Assembly: GCF_964355755.1 (NCBI RefSeq)
Contig: NC_092671.1
Location: 9,982,001 to 10,046,000, forward strand
DNA from: Antedon mediterranea
Lineage: Eukaryota > Animalia > Echinodermata
Reading direction: 5' to 3'
DNA length: 64,000 nt
Shown in pieces: positions 38,250 to 53,800 of the stretch (the stretch's first letter is position 1; each line of letters starts with the position of its first letter). Below the pieces are notes generated by a model. The model did not search any database and was not told the origin of the DNA. It saw only the letters and a program-made list of their open reading frames with translations. The translations under genes and the position numbers were made by a program.

Positions 38250-39965
38250 TGCGATTACTATACTGTATCTACTCATAGTGCTATTACTTTTTTGCCTATA
38301 CCTATACGTGTGATTATTTATATACTGTATCTACTCATAGTGCGATTACTTTTTTGCCTATACCTATACGTGTAATTATTTATATACTGTATCTACTCAT
38401 AGTGCGATTACTTATACTGTATCTACCCATACTGTGCGATTACTTATATACTTTATTTACTCATAGTGCGATTACTTTTTTGCCTATACCTATACGTGTG
38501 ATTATTTATATACTGTATCTACTCATAGTGCGATTACTTATACTGTATCTACCCATACTGTGCGATTACTTATATACTTTATTTACTCATAGTGCGATTA
38601 CTTTTTTGCCTATACCTATACGTGTAATTATTTATATACTGTATCTACTCATAGTGCGATTACTTATACTGTATCTACCCATACTGTGCGATTACTTATA
38701 TACTTTATTTACTCATAGTGCGATTACTTTTTTGCCTATACCTATACGTGTGATTATTTATATACTGTATCTACTCATAGTGCGATTACTTTTTTGCCCA
38801 TACCTATACGTGTGATTATTTATATACTGTATCTACTCATAGTGCGATTACTTTTTTGCCTATACCTATACGTGTGATTATTTATATACTGTATCTACTC
38901 ATAGTGCGATTACTTATACTGTATCTACCCATACTGTGCGATTACTTATATACTTTATTTACTCATAGTGCGATTACTTTTTTGCCTATACCTATACGTG
39001 TGATTATTTATATACTGTATCTACTCATAGTGCGATTACTTATACTGTATCAATTCATACTGTGCGATTACTTATATACTTTATTTACTCATAGTGCGAT
39101 TACTTATACTGCCTATACCCATACGTGCGATTACTTATATACTGTATCTACTCATAGTGCGATTACTTATACTGTATCTACCCATACTGTGCGATTACTT
39201 ATACACTTTATTTACTCATAGTGCGATTACTTATACTGCCTATACCTATACGTGTGATTACTTATATACTGTATCTACTCATAGTGCGATTAGGCCTACT
39301 TATAATTATACTGTATCTACTCATAGTGCGATTACTTATATATACTTTATTTACTCATAGTGCGATTACTTATACTGCCTACCCATACGTGTGTTTATTT
39401 ATATACTGTATCTACTCATAGTGCGATTACTTATACTGCCTATACCCATACGTGCGATTACTTATATACTGTATCTACTAATAGTGCGATTACTTATACT
39501 GCCTATACCCATACGTGCGATTACTTATATACTGTATCTACTCATAGTGCGATTACTTATATACTGTATTTACTCATAGTGCGATTACTTATACTGCCTA
39601 TACCCATACGTGCGATTACTTATATACTGTATCTACTCATAGTGCGATTACTTATACTGCCTATACCCATACGTGCGATTATATACTGTATCTACTCATA
39701 GTGCGATTACTTATATACTGTATCTACTCATAGTGCGATTACTTATATACTGTATCTACTCATAGTGCGATTACTTATACTGCCTATACCCATACGTGCG
39801 ATTACTTATATACTGTATCTACTCATAGTGCGATTACTTATTCTTTCTAACCCATAAGTGTGATTAATTAATTATTTAACTGTAAATACTCATAGTGCGA
39901 TTACTTATACTGTCTATACCCATAAGTGCGATTAATTATTACTCTATCCACCCATAGTGCGATTG
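38250..39965. repeat. Minisatellite array of ~30-32-bp monomers with a 123-bp higher-order repeat
   Basis: Monomer TATACTGTATCTACTCATAGTGCGATTACT and variants; the spurious ORFs here repeat every 41 aa (123 bp). Confidence 0.95.
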
Positions 39966-42270
39966 ATATATTGAACATACACATTAATGTATACTTCTCC
40001 GAATTCAAAAGTGTATATTCTTGACCATATCTGGTCATTTGGACGCAATATGAGATGCGCTCCGATCTTTTAATTTGTACATGACTAATCAAGCATGACG
40101 ATGCGCACCAGTACTCGGATCTGATTTCAGTTATGTATTTCCATCCAAGCACTAACATTTTACGACTTCAGTTCCTAATAAATAATATTAAAATGTATTT
40201 GCGATATATGTGGCAGTACCTTGAGAATAGACTGACATGCAACCACACGGCACTGTAAGCCTACAGTTACATTAAAATCTACCGTATGCCATCGGTGACA
40301 AAGGTAATAGTCTTACTCTCGGTTCTGAAGTATAGATTATATTAGATCAGTATATTATATAGTGCCACTTAAATTTAAGATTCTCTTGACTCATTTAACG
40401 GAGTTGCATTTTATTAACTACTGACAGTGGCGTTTTTAAAAGTATAAACATTGTTATTATACTTTCAGATTCATCAGGTAAACTTAAAATGTTCATAATT
40501 ATTTGAAGCGAAAAAATGGCATTAGGTTATGTGTCTACTACAAAAATATCTAACCTTCATACGAGTTTATCAAAGTATTCGTTTGAAAGCAAACCAAGTC
40601 GTATAAATAATTATAATTTCCACGAACTTAGATCTGAATATATGAATGTTATGCTTTATACATTGAAACATGTCAGTTGGCATCATTATAGCAAAGTGTA
40701 GTCATATGCATGTTCAATGACATTTATTTTGAATTGTACATATTTTGATCTTTGTTAACGCTTCATTTATTCACATGGCAGCCATTTGCTTTTCACTGCA
40801 GGCCTAGAATTCATGTATTTTCAAAGATATAAGTTACAAATCATGTAAAGTGATATTGGAAACAGAGTTTGTTAGGGTGTTTTAAAAAAATAGTAAATTA
40901 TTCAAGAAATTGAAACGTAAACAAACGTAATATATATATATATATCACTTTCTGTAAAAATATTAATGACTATTTAAATTTTGAAAACAAATATTTTGCA
41001 AGACAGAATAAATACGTAGGGCTATTCATGTGAGTTCTTTTTACAATTCAAAATCGTTGTATACACGACTTCGGCTACTATAAGTATAGACATAATACTT
41101 GACCGATATAATTTGTTTTTGTTTCGGTGAATTAAAAAAGCTGTCCAAGGCATTTTTTTTTTTGAGAAATCCGTTTTCCAAATTCGGTTCCTTCCGCGTC
41201 TTTCAAGACGATTATATAACAACGTCAAAATATTAAAATGTTTCTATAATATAGTTCATTTTGTCGAACTCATTTATCAATTCCTTTGTTAGAGCAGGCC
41301 TTTTAAGGAGTAATTATTATTCCATGCCGTTCGGTGATGATTCACATGACTATAATACCATTTTAATAACACTTTATTTAATGGCTTGGTTTCTATCTTT
41401 TGCAATACGAGAACACTTCCGTTGGGTCACAGCTATTCTGGGGACACCTAAAAGGATATTTTCCGTAAAACAAACGAGAGTGATTTTTTTTCGTGTTTTA
41501 AGAAATTTACGTTTTCTGTACAAATACACAGAAACTCGGCAATAAAAGTATACAATTATATGCTACAAATGAAACAAAAATAACAATCAAACATAAAAAC
41601 ATCACAGAAGAAGCACATGCAAAACATTACGTCCAACCGTATTCAGAGGACACCCTAATATGATATAAGAGGACACTTTGTTGGGCTGGTCCAGGTGTAG
41701 AGGCTTATCAATCTAAGGCAAGCCAAGATATGAGCATTGTAATTTGTATTATATTGGATAATAATAAAAGGAATCAGTATCTGTAATGTAAAACAGATCA
41801 TTGATTCATTCATACGCTATTGTTAAAAAATGTTGTATTTCCATTTTTAAATGAAGCATTCTCATTTTAAATTTAGAAAATTCAAATGTAAAATTTAGCG
41901 CATTCGTTCAATTGTTAGTCATTTTGTGCTTTCAGCGTATAATCATTATATTAACGACGTATCATAATTGCTATAGAAGCTACGTTATGTTCCCCTGTGA
42001 TTTTGCCGGCTAGAGGTGTGAAGAAAGTTCTGATATGACGTATTATTGATGTAGTTTTTAGCTATTCACAACACAAACTTCGGAATGGTGACAATGTTTA
42101 AGATTTTTGGACATTAGAAGATAAGTCTAGTGTCCACAGGTAAACAATACTACGAAAACGATTATCGTACCTGGAAATCTCGCCAATCACAATATATGGA
42201 TACACCATACTAAGTACTACTGTACTGTGTCATCGTTTGAACGTGATCTTAAATAAGTTTTTCTAGTCTA

Positions 42271-42376
42271 AAACTCTGTCTACATTTATGTAAAAACAAA
42301 AATGTGATGTGCCCATATAGAGACATGATGATATCACAATTATTGTCAAACTAATTTGATAGTGTAGACAGAGCTT
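42271..42376. mobile_element. MITE family A, internally deleted
   Basis: CTCTGTCTACA...TTGATAGTGTAGACAGAGCTT. Confidence 0.8.
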
Positions 42377-43584
42377 AACAACGGTTGAGGGATAAGATAA
42401 GTTATAGCTTAAATATATTGAGCACTCGGTTTACCTGGACATAAAATCTGCGAACTGTGGGGAGGTACAAGCGAAGAAGTGAGTCCCAATTTACTCGCAT
42501 GCGCACAATCAATTAACATGACGTAACTTCCTACGCCCTATGTAACTCATCGCAAATCAAAGGCTTTGATATAGTGTATTAAAGATTTTACCAAATAAGG
42601 CATACGCCTTCACAGTTTATTCTGATGTGATAATAAATTGTTATTTTGCCTATGAATACCATTTCAATCCTTCTGGATTTTCGCTCTTCTGTAATGTAAT
42701 TTAGAAGTGAAATAGGTCTCATGTCCCCTCTGAATAAAATATTATCTTCGAAAAGCCATTAGGTCCACCTACATTTGACGATTGCAATACACTTCAAACT
42801 TTATTTTTGCAATAATTATTTTCGCTGCATATTATTAGTATTTGCCTCTGATTTTATGCTCTGTAGTAAATGAATAATTATGACATCAAACATTTCTTAA
42901 TTATTGTTAATGAGTCTAAAACTATGCTGTGTAGTCTGCCGATGACGCCAGACTAATATGTTTAAGATTTAAAAATGATGCTTATAAATCAACCAGTTTA
43001 GCATTTTAAACATTGAATGGTACCGTATGTGATGAAAATTGTATGAAGAATCTGTGATGAGTCTATAGAATTTTTAGATTAAGTTTTTTCATTAGCAATT
43101 ATTGTGTAGTAATAATAAATAAAATTACAATAGTTATATATCGTATTAATAGTATTATTCTATCATCAGAATTTACAGTTATATAGGCCTATAATTCCAA
43201 TATACCCCTAAACAAATAAAAAAAAAATTGTAAAATGCTGTAAATTTGAATAAGATACAAAAACGAAAATGTAAAAGAAGAAAGATGTCCAAATAAAAAA
43301 AATATATGCATATCAATATTTTTTATTCCTGTATACATAATACATAATTTTCTGGGAAATAATGTTTCATGAATGAATGAATAATATTAAGTTATTCTAA
43401 GGATATTATTTTATTAGCGTATTGAATCATGTTATGATGTTATTAATTTTAATAAAAACAATAACCATAATATTCATTACCCGTCTTTGTCGTCATAGTA
43501 ACAAAGGTAATTGTATTGAACTTTTAGTAATTGTATGTTTCTTACATGGTGTTTTACCTGCCTTTTTAAATGTCAACTCAACGC

Positions 43585-44332
43585 GACATCGTCGTTGTCA
43601 TCATCATTTTCTTCATCATTATCAACAAATAATGACTGTTTTCATCATAAATATTATCACGATATAATCTATCGTCGTCATCGTCAATCAATTTTATAAG
43701 ATAATCACAATTTTCATTATCACTATTCATCATCATTGTTTAAATTTCCTTAAGTATCACAATAAATTGTCACATCAGCATACCTGTCCGCGACGTTGTC
43801 ATCGTAGTTATCATCGTCATCATTATCATCGTCATAAAATAATCATTTTCTCCAATATCATAATAAATTGTCACATCAGCATAGTCGTCCGCGACGTTGT
43901 CATCATCGTCATCGTCATCGTCATCGTAATCGTCATCGTCGTCATAAAATAATCATTTTCTCCAGTATCACAATAAATTGTCACAACAGCATACGTGTCC
44001 GCGACGTTGTTATCGTCGTCATTGTCATCATCTACATCATCGTCATCATCACTCGTCGTCATTGTCATCATCATTATCACCATCATCGTCGTCATCATCA
44101 TCATCATCTCCATCATCATCTCAATCATCATCGTCATCTCCATCATTATCATCATTATCTCTATCATCATCATCATCATCTCCATCATCATCATCACTAT
44201 CATCATCTCCATCATCATCATCATCACTATCATCATCTCCATCATCATAATCATGATCATAATCATGATCATCATCATCATCTCCAATATAATAATACAT
44301 TATCGGCATATCCACCATCGTCATCATCATCC
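43585..44332. repeat. (CAT/CGT)n degenerate microsatellite containing three ~100-110-bp duplicated units
   Basis: CATCATCGT tracts; ATAAATTGTCACA.CAGCATA...GTCCGCGACGTTGT near 43762, 43863 and 43973. Confidence 0.93.
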
Positions 44333-47300
44333 GACTCTCAAATGTTGATTGTATGTTATACTTTTAAGACATTCGATCACAAATTATGTTTCTGTTTGTA
44401 ATAAAACATTAAAACAACTGTTGAACTTAATGAACGTCAGGAATGTTTGTAATACTTAGTTTGTAGATCGGTTCATAGAGGCTTTAAATTTACGCAACAA
44501 ATGACTTAAATTTTGTCAATGTCATAATAAATTATATTGTGGCAATGAATAGATTAAAGTTATAGAAAAGATCAATTTTATTCGAATGCACTGCTATCGT
44601 CAAATAAACGTATATCATAACTAATTCATTGAATTATGTACTTATCAAATAGCCGTTGCAAAAACGTTGCGATCAACTGTAGATATTAGTTAAAAATGAA
44701 TTTATGATGCATTTTGAATATATGTGTAAGTAGTATAATACATTATATTCTAATAAAAATAAAAGATGGGATACTTTTGAGGATTACTCTATATGATTAT
44801 AATCCATCCAATTAAACGGGTCTTTCGTAAATATGCCGCCTTTGATCAAAATGATGAAGGCTGACAGCAGCCCCATTACAGGTTCTTCAAGTGCTTAAAT
44901 AATAATTAGTTGAACAAGGCTAGTCATCATTTTTAAAACTGTTATTAAGACCCTTTTAATTCTGTGATTAATAAATCGTTTGCTTTTCTCTTCACGCGTA
45001 TTAACACCTAGTAAATTAGACGTTTGTTTACGTTATTAAATCATATTAGATGGCAATACTAGAACAAACGCAAGCGAGTTGACCAATCACAAGCGACAGA
45101 TTGAATAATCCATTTCTTGTGATTGGTCAAATTACTTTTGTTACGTCATTTCGTTGGGAATAACCAAGCATAAAGAAAATTATGGAATTATTAAAGCCTA
45201 AAAAATAAACAATTCCTTGGAACAACTGGCGCAATATAATGTTTACGATTGGATATACAATGTTGGTGTAGTTCGGCTTAACCATAATGATTGGTTGATA
45301 AGGTAATAACTTCAAATATCTTGATTAATGTCCAGACAGATGGACAATTAATTTAAGCTTTAATAGTGTACTCACTTCAAAGAGTAAACACACTATGTCG
45401 AATAATCAGTGTTGCATATAGGCCTGTGTACAATTCCTATTAAAGTCTGACATATCATTATTATATAGTGGAGAGATGGTGCAATAACCCGTCACTAATC
45501 AATAATAAATCGAAACATTTTTTATTTGCTTTGAAATTTTAGAATAGTACTTAATCATAGGGCATTTGCTCCAAGCCATATTGCCGAATGACCTGGATTT
45601 TAAGGTTAATCAAGAACAGTGATTAGGTATTCTATCTACTAGTCACTGTTTTAAACATGAACCTGTAGCCTACTATTTCTGCTTTGTTTAATGATCGTGA
45701 TGAAGACAAAGATACCGAGAGATGACAAGTGGATAACGTTAAGAATAATGTGAATATGATAATGTTGATATAGTCACCCATTCTCAGCTTCTATATCTCT
45801 AATGTGTTCTATATCATAAGCAATTTCTGTAATACAGTGTCACATAGGTATCACATGTTACATATAATGACATATTATGTAGAAACAGTATATAGGCAGG
45901 TAAATTAAATCAAATGATCATTTTTAGTGAAGATTATTACTGTGGTGAGATCGTAGTGAAGTTGTCGGATGCATGGACAGGAATTCTATAAAAGATGGTA
46001 TGTTTTATTACGTTGTTTCGTTAAGATTACGATGATGACTTTTCAAAAAATGTAACTTAATAGGCCTACAATAAATGATGTGGACAAATTGTGATTTCCA
46101 TATAAAAACAGCAAACATCATTAAATTAAATATGATATTTAGTTTCTTTAACCCAATTGTTGATTGTTTTCAATGACACATTATAGATTTTACCAACCCA
46201 TCAATACCGCCTTTATTTTTGATGGAAATAACATTTGAACCGAAAGAAATAAGCAAACAGTTTGGAGGTCGATTATTGATCCTTTACATTACTTCTTTAT
46301 TTTGATTATTAAGAGGGTTCATACTTACACAGCAGAAATCAATATAATTGGAGAATAATCACAAAGCTATTAACGCGCCAGACGTCACTGCTCATTGGCA
46401 TTTGTATCTCAAGTACCTTCTTAAAATTAAGCCATGTTCAATTCAATATACGAAACGGTATGAGAGTTTTAACGTTTGGCAAAATATGACAAATGGTTTT
46501 GTGTATAACACTTGGATATTTCCGAAAATGTCTGTAGTTCACAGCAGGTATGTCATAAATGCTATTATATTCAATAGTTTTGTTAGTCGGTTTATACCTT
46601 ACAAATCAGTTAAGTCTGTATTTAATCCAACGGCCAACCTGACTTACAGAACAGTCATCCAGAGTTTAATTGCACTGTATTGGAAATAGTCGAGATTATG
46701 TTTCAGTTGATCAAGATCCAAGATAGCATAATTTATTAAACTCAAATGTTGAAATCATGACTACTCTGGTATTGATGTAATTCTTATTGTCCAGTTCAAT
46801 CACATGTTTAATCTTTTGTGAAAACTGATGGTTGTCAGGAACAACGTAAGCCTACACACACGCCAAGGCGATCTAACAATATATTGCCTTGCTCACACAG
46901 AATAAAAAACGCTAATCCTACTCATCTTAGTGACTGGATCAATTTGGTATTATATTATATATATTGTATGTGTCTTAATTATAGTATGTATATTATTGTT
47001 ATTTTGCCATTGAAACTAATAAATGTTCTTGAAATGAAATTAATTTTTATTTTTACTATATTGTTTTAACTGTCTTGTTATTGTTTATATTTATATTCCA
47101 TGCAAGAATATCTTAAATTTGATTGATTTAAATTGATAAAGTATACGCCGTTTGATTCCACTCATCCTTTTAAATAATGAGTCTAAACAATTCTTTATTT
47201 CAACTCATTTTTTGGATGTCATATCAATTTATAAATCTCGTAAAGTATCTGTAAATTGGTCATGATGAAAATAAACTATTTACGATTTAAAAGAAAATCA

Positions 47301-47870
47301 TTTGCAATTCCATTTCAACGGAAGTTGATTTTTTTTCCTTATAAAAAGTTTTTAAATGCAGTAACGTTTTAAAAAAATGTCACTAAGGTTAGATGTTACT
47401 ATATATTATTTCATGTTTCTCTTTATGTTCCAGATATTAACAAGGGCACAGCTGATAGCAATAAACTTTAACGCAAGTGACTCGGATAAATTTATGATAA
47501 AATGTTGGTCATATCTCGTCTACTTAGTCCTGTTGTATCGTGTAAAGATTTCAGAAAACAGTTGAGGAGATTGCATGGATCGTAAATCGTTTCTTACCTC
47601 TATTGATTAACTCCATTAGACCTCGGTGTTTTCTTTTAGAGTTTAACAAAGGAGGGCTAACCCTGTATCAGTCGACGTCATCAAGAACTGATTGTCTACG
47701 ACATATGAATAATGATAGTCGGAAGGCCACTGGATTTAATGTTCTAAGAACAGAGAGATATCTGATGTGTTCTGAGTAATAGGCCTACAGAAGTTACTTA
47801 ACTACAAACTATAATCGAACCGTGATAGTTAAACTGTGTTCTATGTTCCGGTTATAGCTGAGAAAGAAAC

Positions 47871-50800
47871 ATGCGGTGTGATCGAGAAAATTTTTATTTA
47901 CCAATATACTCAACAGAAAAGACCGATTTGCATGGTCTTCCTGGGATATTTGGCGATGGAGGATGGGTCAGAAAACTAATTTGGATTACTGTGACTGCCG
48001 TAGCCTGGGTAATTGTAATTTATGAGACTGTCCTGCTTTTTACAAACTTTTTTGAATATCATCATGTTACCAAAGTAGATGTAGAATACAAGCAGACGGT
48101 AGCTTTTCCCGCCATTACTGTCTGTAACTTCAATAAGTATCGAGAATCAGCACTTACCGACTATGATATTGTTAACGTCGGAGTCCACCTTGGTAAGAAT
48201 TTAAGAATTTTTGTAATGATTTATATTTACATTGTTTCGATATATTCATACCGTACTCTATGTAACGTGGGTTTGTTGTATGTACAATTCAAACAGGGTA
48301 GAGTATAGCTCTACTTTTCCACCATGTTGAACATAAATGATTGAGTACCTATGCCTATAGATTCCTTCATAATAACCTCATCCTAACGTACATATCCCAT
48401 TGTCTTAAACTATCACTACTGTACGTAAATATACAGTTAATTAAAGTCCCGATTAATATATATATTTTTTTTGCCCATGAAATTATTACTAATAGGCCTA
48501 ACTTTACTTTTTACTATATTTAAAACTAAAAATGTGAAGACGGGTTAACATATCCCAACTAATGATAATTATCATTATTAATGTGCAATATAGGATGGTT
48601 TAGAGAAATGTCACAACGAACTTTTGTATATAAAATCTACCTACCTTTACGGACTTAATGATTTATACAGATTGGGTAAATCGTTTGCTATCAAAATAAG
48701 TTACCGCCACATTTATGACATATCTTATATCCCAGTGAACATAATCTTGTCAATGTAGTCAGTAGAGCATTCATTAATAAATGTGTACTTTTATGGAATT
48801 TAAACATGGTTACACACCACTGTTCATAAAGATACCTGATAAGGGTAACTGGCAGTTTATATAATTAGGCCTATAGATTAATAACTGCCCTTTCACAAAT
48901 CCAACAACAAATATTCAATAATTAAGAATAAACTTGAATCTTGGTAGAGGAATAGAAACAACAATCCGACACTAGATCAGGATTGAACCTAGGACCTTAG
49001 ATTTGAAGGTAAGCATTTTAACCACCGTGCTTACAGCTCCACTATTGAAATATCCTTATAAAACAGACAAGTAATATAATCTAATAAACTATGTCATCAC
49101 ACACAATTTAGAGAAAAATTTATCTCAGTAATGCTAAAATATATCTGACCGTTCAACACGGTATAGTATAGAGTCAGTGCTTTTCGAAGCTTTAAGGTAA
49201 ACCCCCCAATATATTATGATTAAGTAAGCAATTATTTCCCATCTCATTTGTTTTACAAGTCTCGTAAGGCAACACAAGTGTTAGCTCACATAAATCATAA
49301 ACTATATGCGCATGCGTGTTGTCTATATACATTAACATTTGTTTTAGCATAAAGATATCCATGTTCATTTTATCATCTATATATAATAAATAGACATTGT
49401 GTCGTTTTAATACTGTTGATTCAATATCGTATTATTGATAACAAACCAGTCTTGTATCCAGAATATACTGTATTGTGTCTCTTACTTGATTTACACTCCT
49501 TCATCCTTCCTCTCTATAGGCTTACATTATTTTTTGGACAAATCCTAGAAAACTGCAGGATACTGCTCCATTGGATTCATTTCTAAATAAACACAAACCA
49601 TGATTCATACACCATAAAAAACCATATTAATCTAACAGAAATAATGTATTATAAAACACCTTATGTTGCCGCAAACCCTGCATTTTGCAGGTGTACACGA
49701 TTTACTGCATACGTTCTGTTTTATGTCTCAATTATACGGCATAAACGACATGCGGGTTATATACTTCTGTATGCAGTGTCATGCATAATGCAAGCATTGC
49801 CATACCTAGCACATCTATCAAAATACTGACACACTATTGCGAACTTGTTATCCGGTATTAATTAGATTTTGTTTAAAATAAAACCTTTAATACTATTCAG
49901 ATAACTCAATCAAGTTTACCGACATAGAAGATATGATTCTAAAGCTCTGTTTACACTATCAAACTAGTTTGACAAAAAAAGTGTGATGTGCCGAAATATG
50001 GTAGTGATATGCTTAAATATGGTAGTGATATGACATCATCATGTCAATATATGGGCACATCACATTAATTTGATAGTGTAGACAGAGCTTAGATTTGCGA
50101 TGTGATAAAATCGTATATAATTTAGTATTCGTTTGAGTATTAGAGAAATTCTATTTACTGCGTTCAAAAAATGAATTGAAATTAATCTGACGAATAATGT
50201 GTTTCGACAGTCTGCTCTACTACCCACACAAAACGTATAGAATTAGCTGCTGCCGAGAGGTTGATGCGGCTTCATATCTTATTTTCTAGAAACCTTTATT
50301 ATTTTTACACTGCTTATTTTTTATTTTCATGGATGTTAATCCGAATGAAAAGATTTAATTGAATATATACCGTCATCATAGGCCTATAACCATTTTTATA
50401 TTAATAATATAAGTATTTGATTGTAGTTCGTTGACCGAGTTCATTGCACAGAAGCAAAAACGTTCAGTCATTATGGCGAACTCCTCCAATTTTTTTATCA
50501 GCATGTGATTTAAAATCAACCATGACTCGAGACCATAGAGATACAGCAGATGACGAATCACTCTTCCACAATGTACATGATATTAAAGTATTTTAGCATC
50601 GTATCAAACAAAGTATTTCGTTTGTCATTATGTCATACTTTTCCTGTTGTAAGATATTCCCACTTTGTAAGACATTGTAAAATACGTAAAATTGATTATA
50701 TTTATTTTTATTTATTTATTTTTTTTAATTTATTTCGGTATATAAAACATTACAAAAAGCAGAACAAGTCTGAAATTATTGTAGCACATCTTAAAAGAAA

Positions 50801-53800
50801 GTTTATATGATTTGTATTTCAGGAATTGTAGATGAAAATCGCAACTTACTATCGCCAGAACTTTATACAGATGAATTTGCTGCCACAGTTGCCGCCATTA
50901 ACTGGACGACTACTGTGGAAGATCCAGACTACAACATGACTGACTTTGTCAAAAGAACCGGACATCAAAAAGAAGATTTTATCGTTCAAGTAAGATGCTG
51001 TGTCGTTATTTAATTGTTATTCTCATTTAAACGCAACGCAACCTACGTCGCGACGTAGGTACAACGCTAGTGAGTTGACCAATCACAAGCGACAGTTCGC
51101 AAGATCCTTCGGGTTATGGTTTGTCAAATGTGTGCACTTGCGTTGCGTTCTATCCATGGGAACCAAGCGTAAGGTCCATAGACATTATCACTGCTCATGT
51201 TCAAGTTATTTCTGACATCGTTCAGTTTCTACTTAAATTCTTCTGCTAAAGTATCTCTCCTAGTCCACAAAGCAAACGCTATCAAACATTAATTTGTTTG
51301 CAAAGTCCGTATGGAGAATAATTCTCTCCAGTTTATTTTACTTGATGTTGTTATTTTGCTCACTTGTAGAATCACATGACTTGATTTTCAGTTTTGAAAT
51401 CTAAGCAAGTTTGTGCCCGGCCTAACTTTTGCAGTTTCTGCAATTTGCAGAAGTTTGTTAATTAGTTTACTAGCAAAATTTGGAAAACCATTGCCAGAGT
51501 TTTATATAGTGTAGACTTCAGGCTTGAAAACAATGTTTAAAGCTATGTCTACACTATCGAACTTTATGTTACACAAAATGTGATGTGCCCATGTATGGAC
51601 ACGATGACGTCATATCACTCACATCACACTTTTTTGTCAAATTAGTTTCATAGTGTAGACAGAGCTTTAGAATAGAAGAAATGATCCAAATGAACAAACA
51701 TTGAAGTTAATAATATTGAGGAGGGAAAACATCTTATTTACAATTTAACTTTGAGTTAACTGCTTAATAGTAATATTTCTCGTAAATTATGATTTGATAA
51801 ACGAGAATGGCAATCGATAGTTTAAAAAAATACCATGACGTGACAAGACCGTACACGTCATCAACCAATCGGGTACTTACATCTAGCACCAATGTCGCAT
51901 TTATTCAATTGATTTAAATTGTCATAACCTGATCATTTAGCCTCCAAGGCATTTAGCGATCAATATTTTGTTTAATCAATTAGCCCCCTTACCCAATTTA
52001 GAAGCTGTAATTAAACTATTTATTTTCAAATTAACTTAGTATCAATACAAACGAACAATGCCAGTGCATTGATTAAGGTGAGTAAATATACTAAATGGAA
52101 ATTTTGGAAGGAATAACAAATCGAATCCAAATCGAAACCGCGCTAAGTGGTATAGAGTATAAACTATAGTCTTTTTCTTTTTTAAATGCGCAATACCTGT
52201 TTGGTAAATTAATTAACGCATGTACTAAAATGGGTTGGTCTTTAAGTAAATATACAAACGCTTTAAAGTTGCCACAACAACCAGAAAACAACATTTTACC
52301 AAAAGACTATTCTACATCCCAGTACTGAATCTCTTGGTATTATATGAAATCCCGTAATACAGCATCATTCACATCATTCAATCTTTTTTTTCGGAATCTC
52401 TGATCCATAGAAAGTAAAAATTACATATCAATGAAATAAAAGTAAACAAGACTTATTACTACTACTCATCTCAGGATGGCATTCCACCCGGAGAGCATCT
52501 TTGACTTAAATAAGACGTTGCCTATAATCGTTGAGCGTAAAACATTTTCATTTGAATTTAGTCTACACATCTACTGTACTACTGTAGGCTAAGCCTATCT
52601 ATCTAGAGGAAGTCATGGCCCAAAACCACAATATAAATGGGAACATTTTATATATAATCAGTAATAATTATGCTACTATGCGGACTTATAACGTTATATT
52701 ATTACATAGCCTATGTAAATACGTGAACGTAATTGGTTGAAACTGAGTCACATGACTACTGCTGCAAGGATCGTATATTTCCTCGAGTACGATAATATTG
52801 ACTGAGTAATTTTCGTGGGATCGTGTCCCTGTCATTAAACATATAAAATATCTCGAGTACGATGATATTGACTGTAATTTGCGTGTGGCAACACTCGCGT
52901 TTGGCGATAAAAAACAAAAGTCATCTACTGGGACTCGAACTCACGAAGTTAGTCCAAATCATCACGAGACTACGTTTTACGCGCCACGTAACTTGCTTGA
53001 AGAAACCAATGATAATTTTCTATCGGTAAAATATAAGATTTGACATCTCCTCGGGAAATGATATTATGCTCTCGAGAATTATATTTCCCTCAGCTGGCGC
53101 TTCGGGAAATATATATTTTCTCGGGGATGTAAAATCTTATATTTTACCTCTAAGCAGGCAATATCGGTATATAATTCCGAAGGCTTCCGACAAGTATGGC
53201 ACCATTGATAACACTTGCCATCTATCGTTCTCTGCAGCAAAGCTGTCTCTTAAGTTAAACTTACCTGTTTCTTTTATTTTAAAAATATCTGTTATGTGAC
53301 AGCATTGACTTAAGATGTAGGTCAAGACATATTGGTTTCCACAATTTACGTTACCTACGCTTTTAAGGTTTTCAAGACTGAAATAAATTGTTAATAAATT
53401 ATTTGTGTGATAGGGCCAATAGAATTTATTACGATATTCAATTACCAACATGCTAAACGTAAGCTTTAAGAAAAATGTTAACATTAGATTTCGCGAGCAA
53501 TAAACTCGAAAAATTGTACATTTGTCAAATGTTCATCACATAGTCCTACATTATAAGTGTGAAAATCGATCTGTTAAAGTCGTTTTATTAATTTTTGTTT
53601 AGGAACTATGCAGTTAACATTTATGTATTCCAAGTAATTCGAAACATTTAAAATAAAAACACACGTTTGACGTAAAGAATTTGTAGAAATAGAGGAAAAA
53701 AGGATTGTTTTGATTATATCATTTGATTCTCGGTAAAACTTTGTGTCGGTGTTACGATCCGTAACACAGCGTCATATGTTCGTCACATGGAAGTTGTATC

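Noticed and set aside
38354-39701. Several hydrophobic repeat ORFs (MPIPIRVIIYILYLLIVRLL...)
   Set aside because: Translations of the minisatellite; open in multiple frames, with no splice or domain support.
38250-39965. CRISPR-like periodicity of ~30-bp units
   Set aside because: No unique spacers, no cas genes, eukaryotic context.
43767-44401. His-, Ser-, Ile-, Met- and Asp-rich ORFs
   Set aside because: Frames of a (CAT)n microsatellite.
52740-53170. Crypton-like terminus (TATTTCCCTCAGCTGGCGCTTCGGGAAATA hairpin) and short duplication
   Set aside because: Only a short motif; boundaries and recombinase ORF not identifiable.
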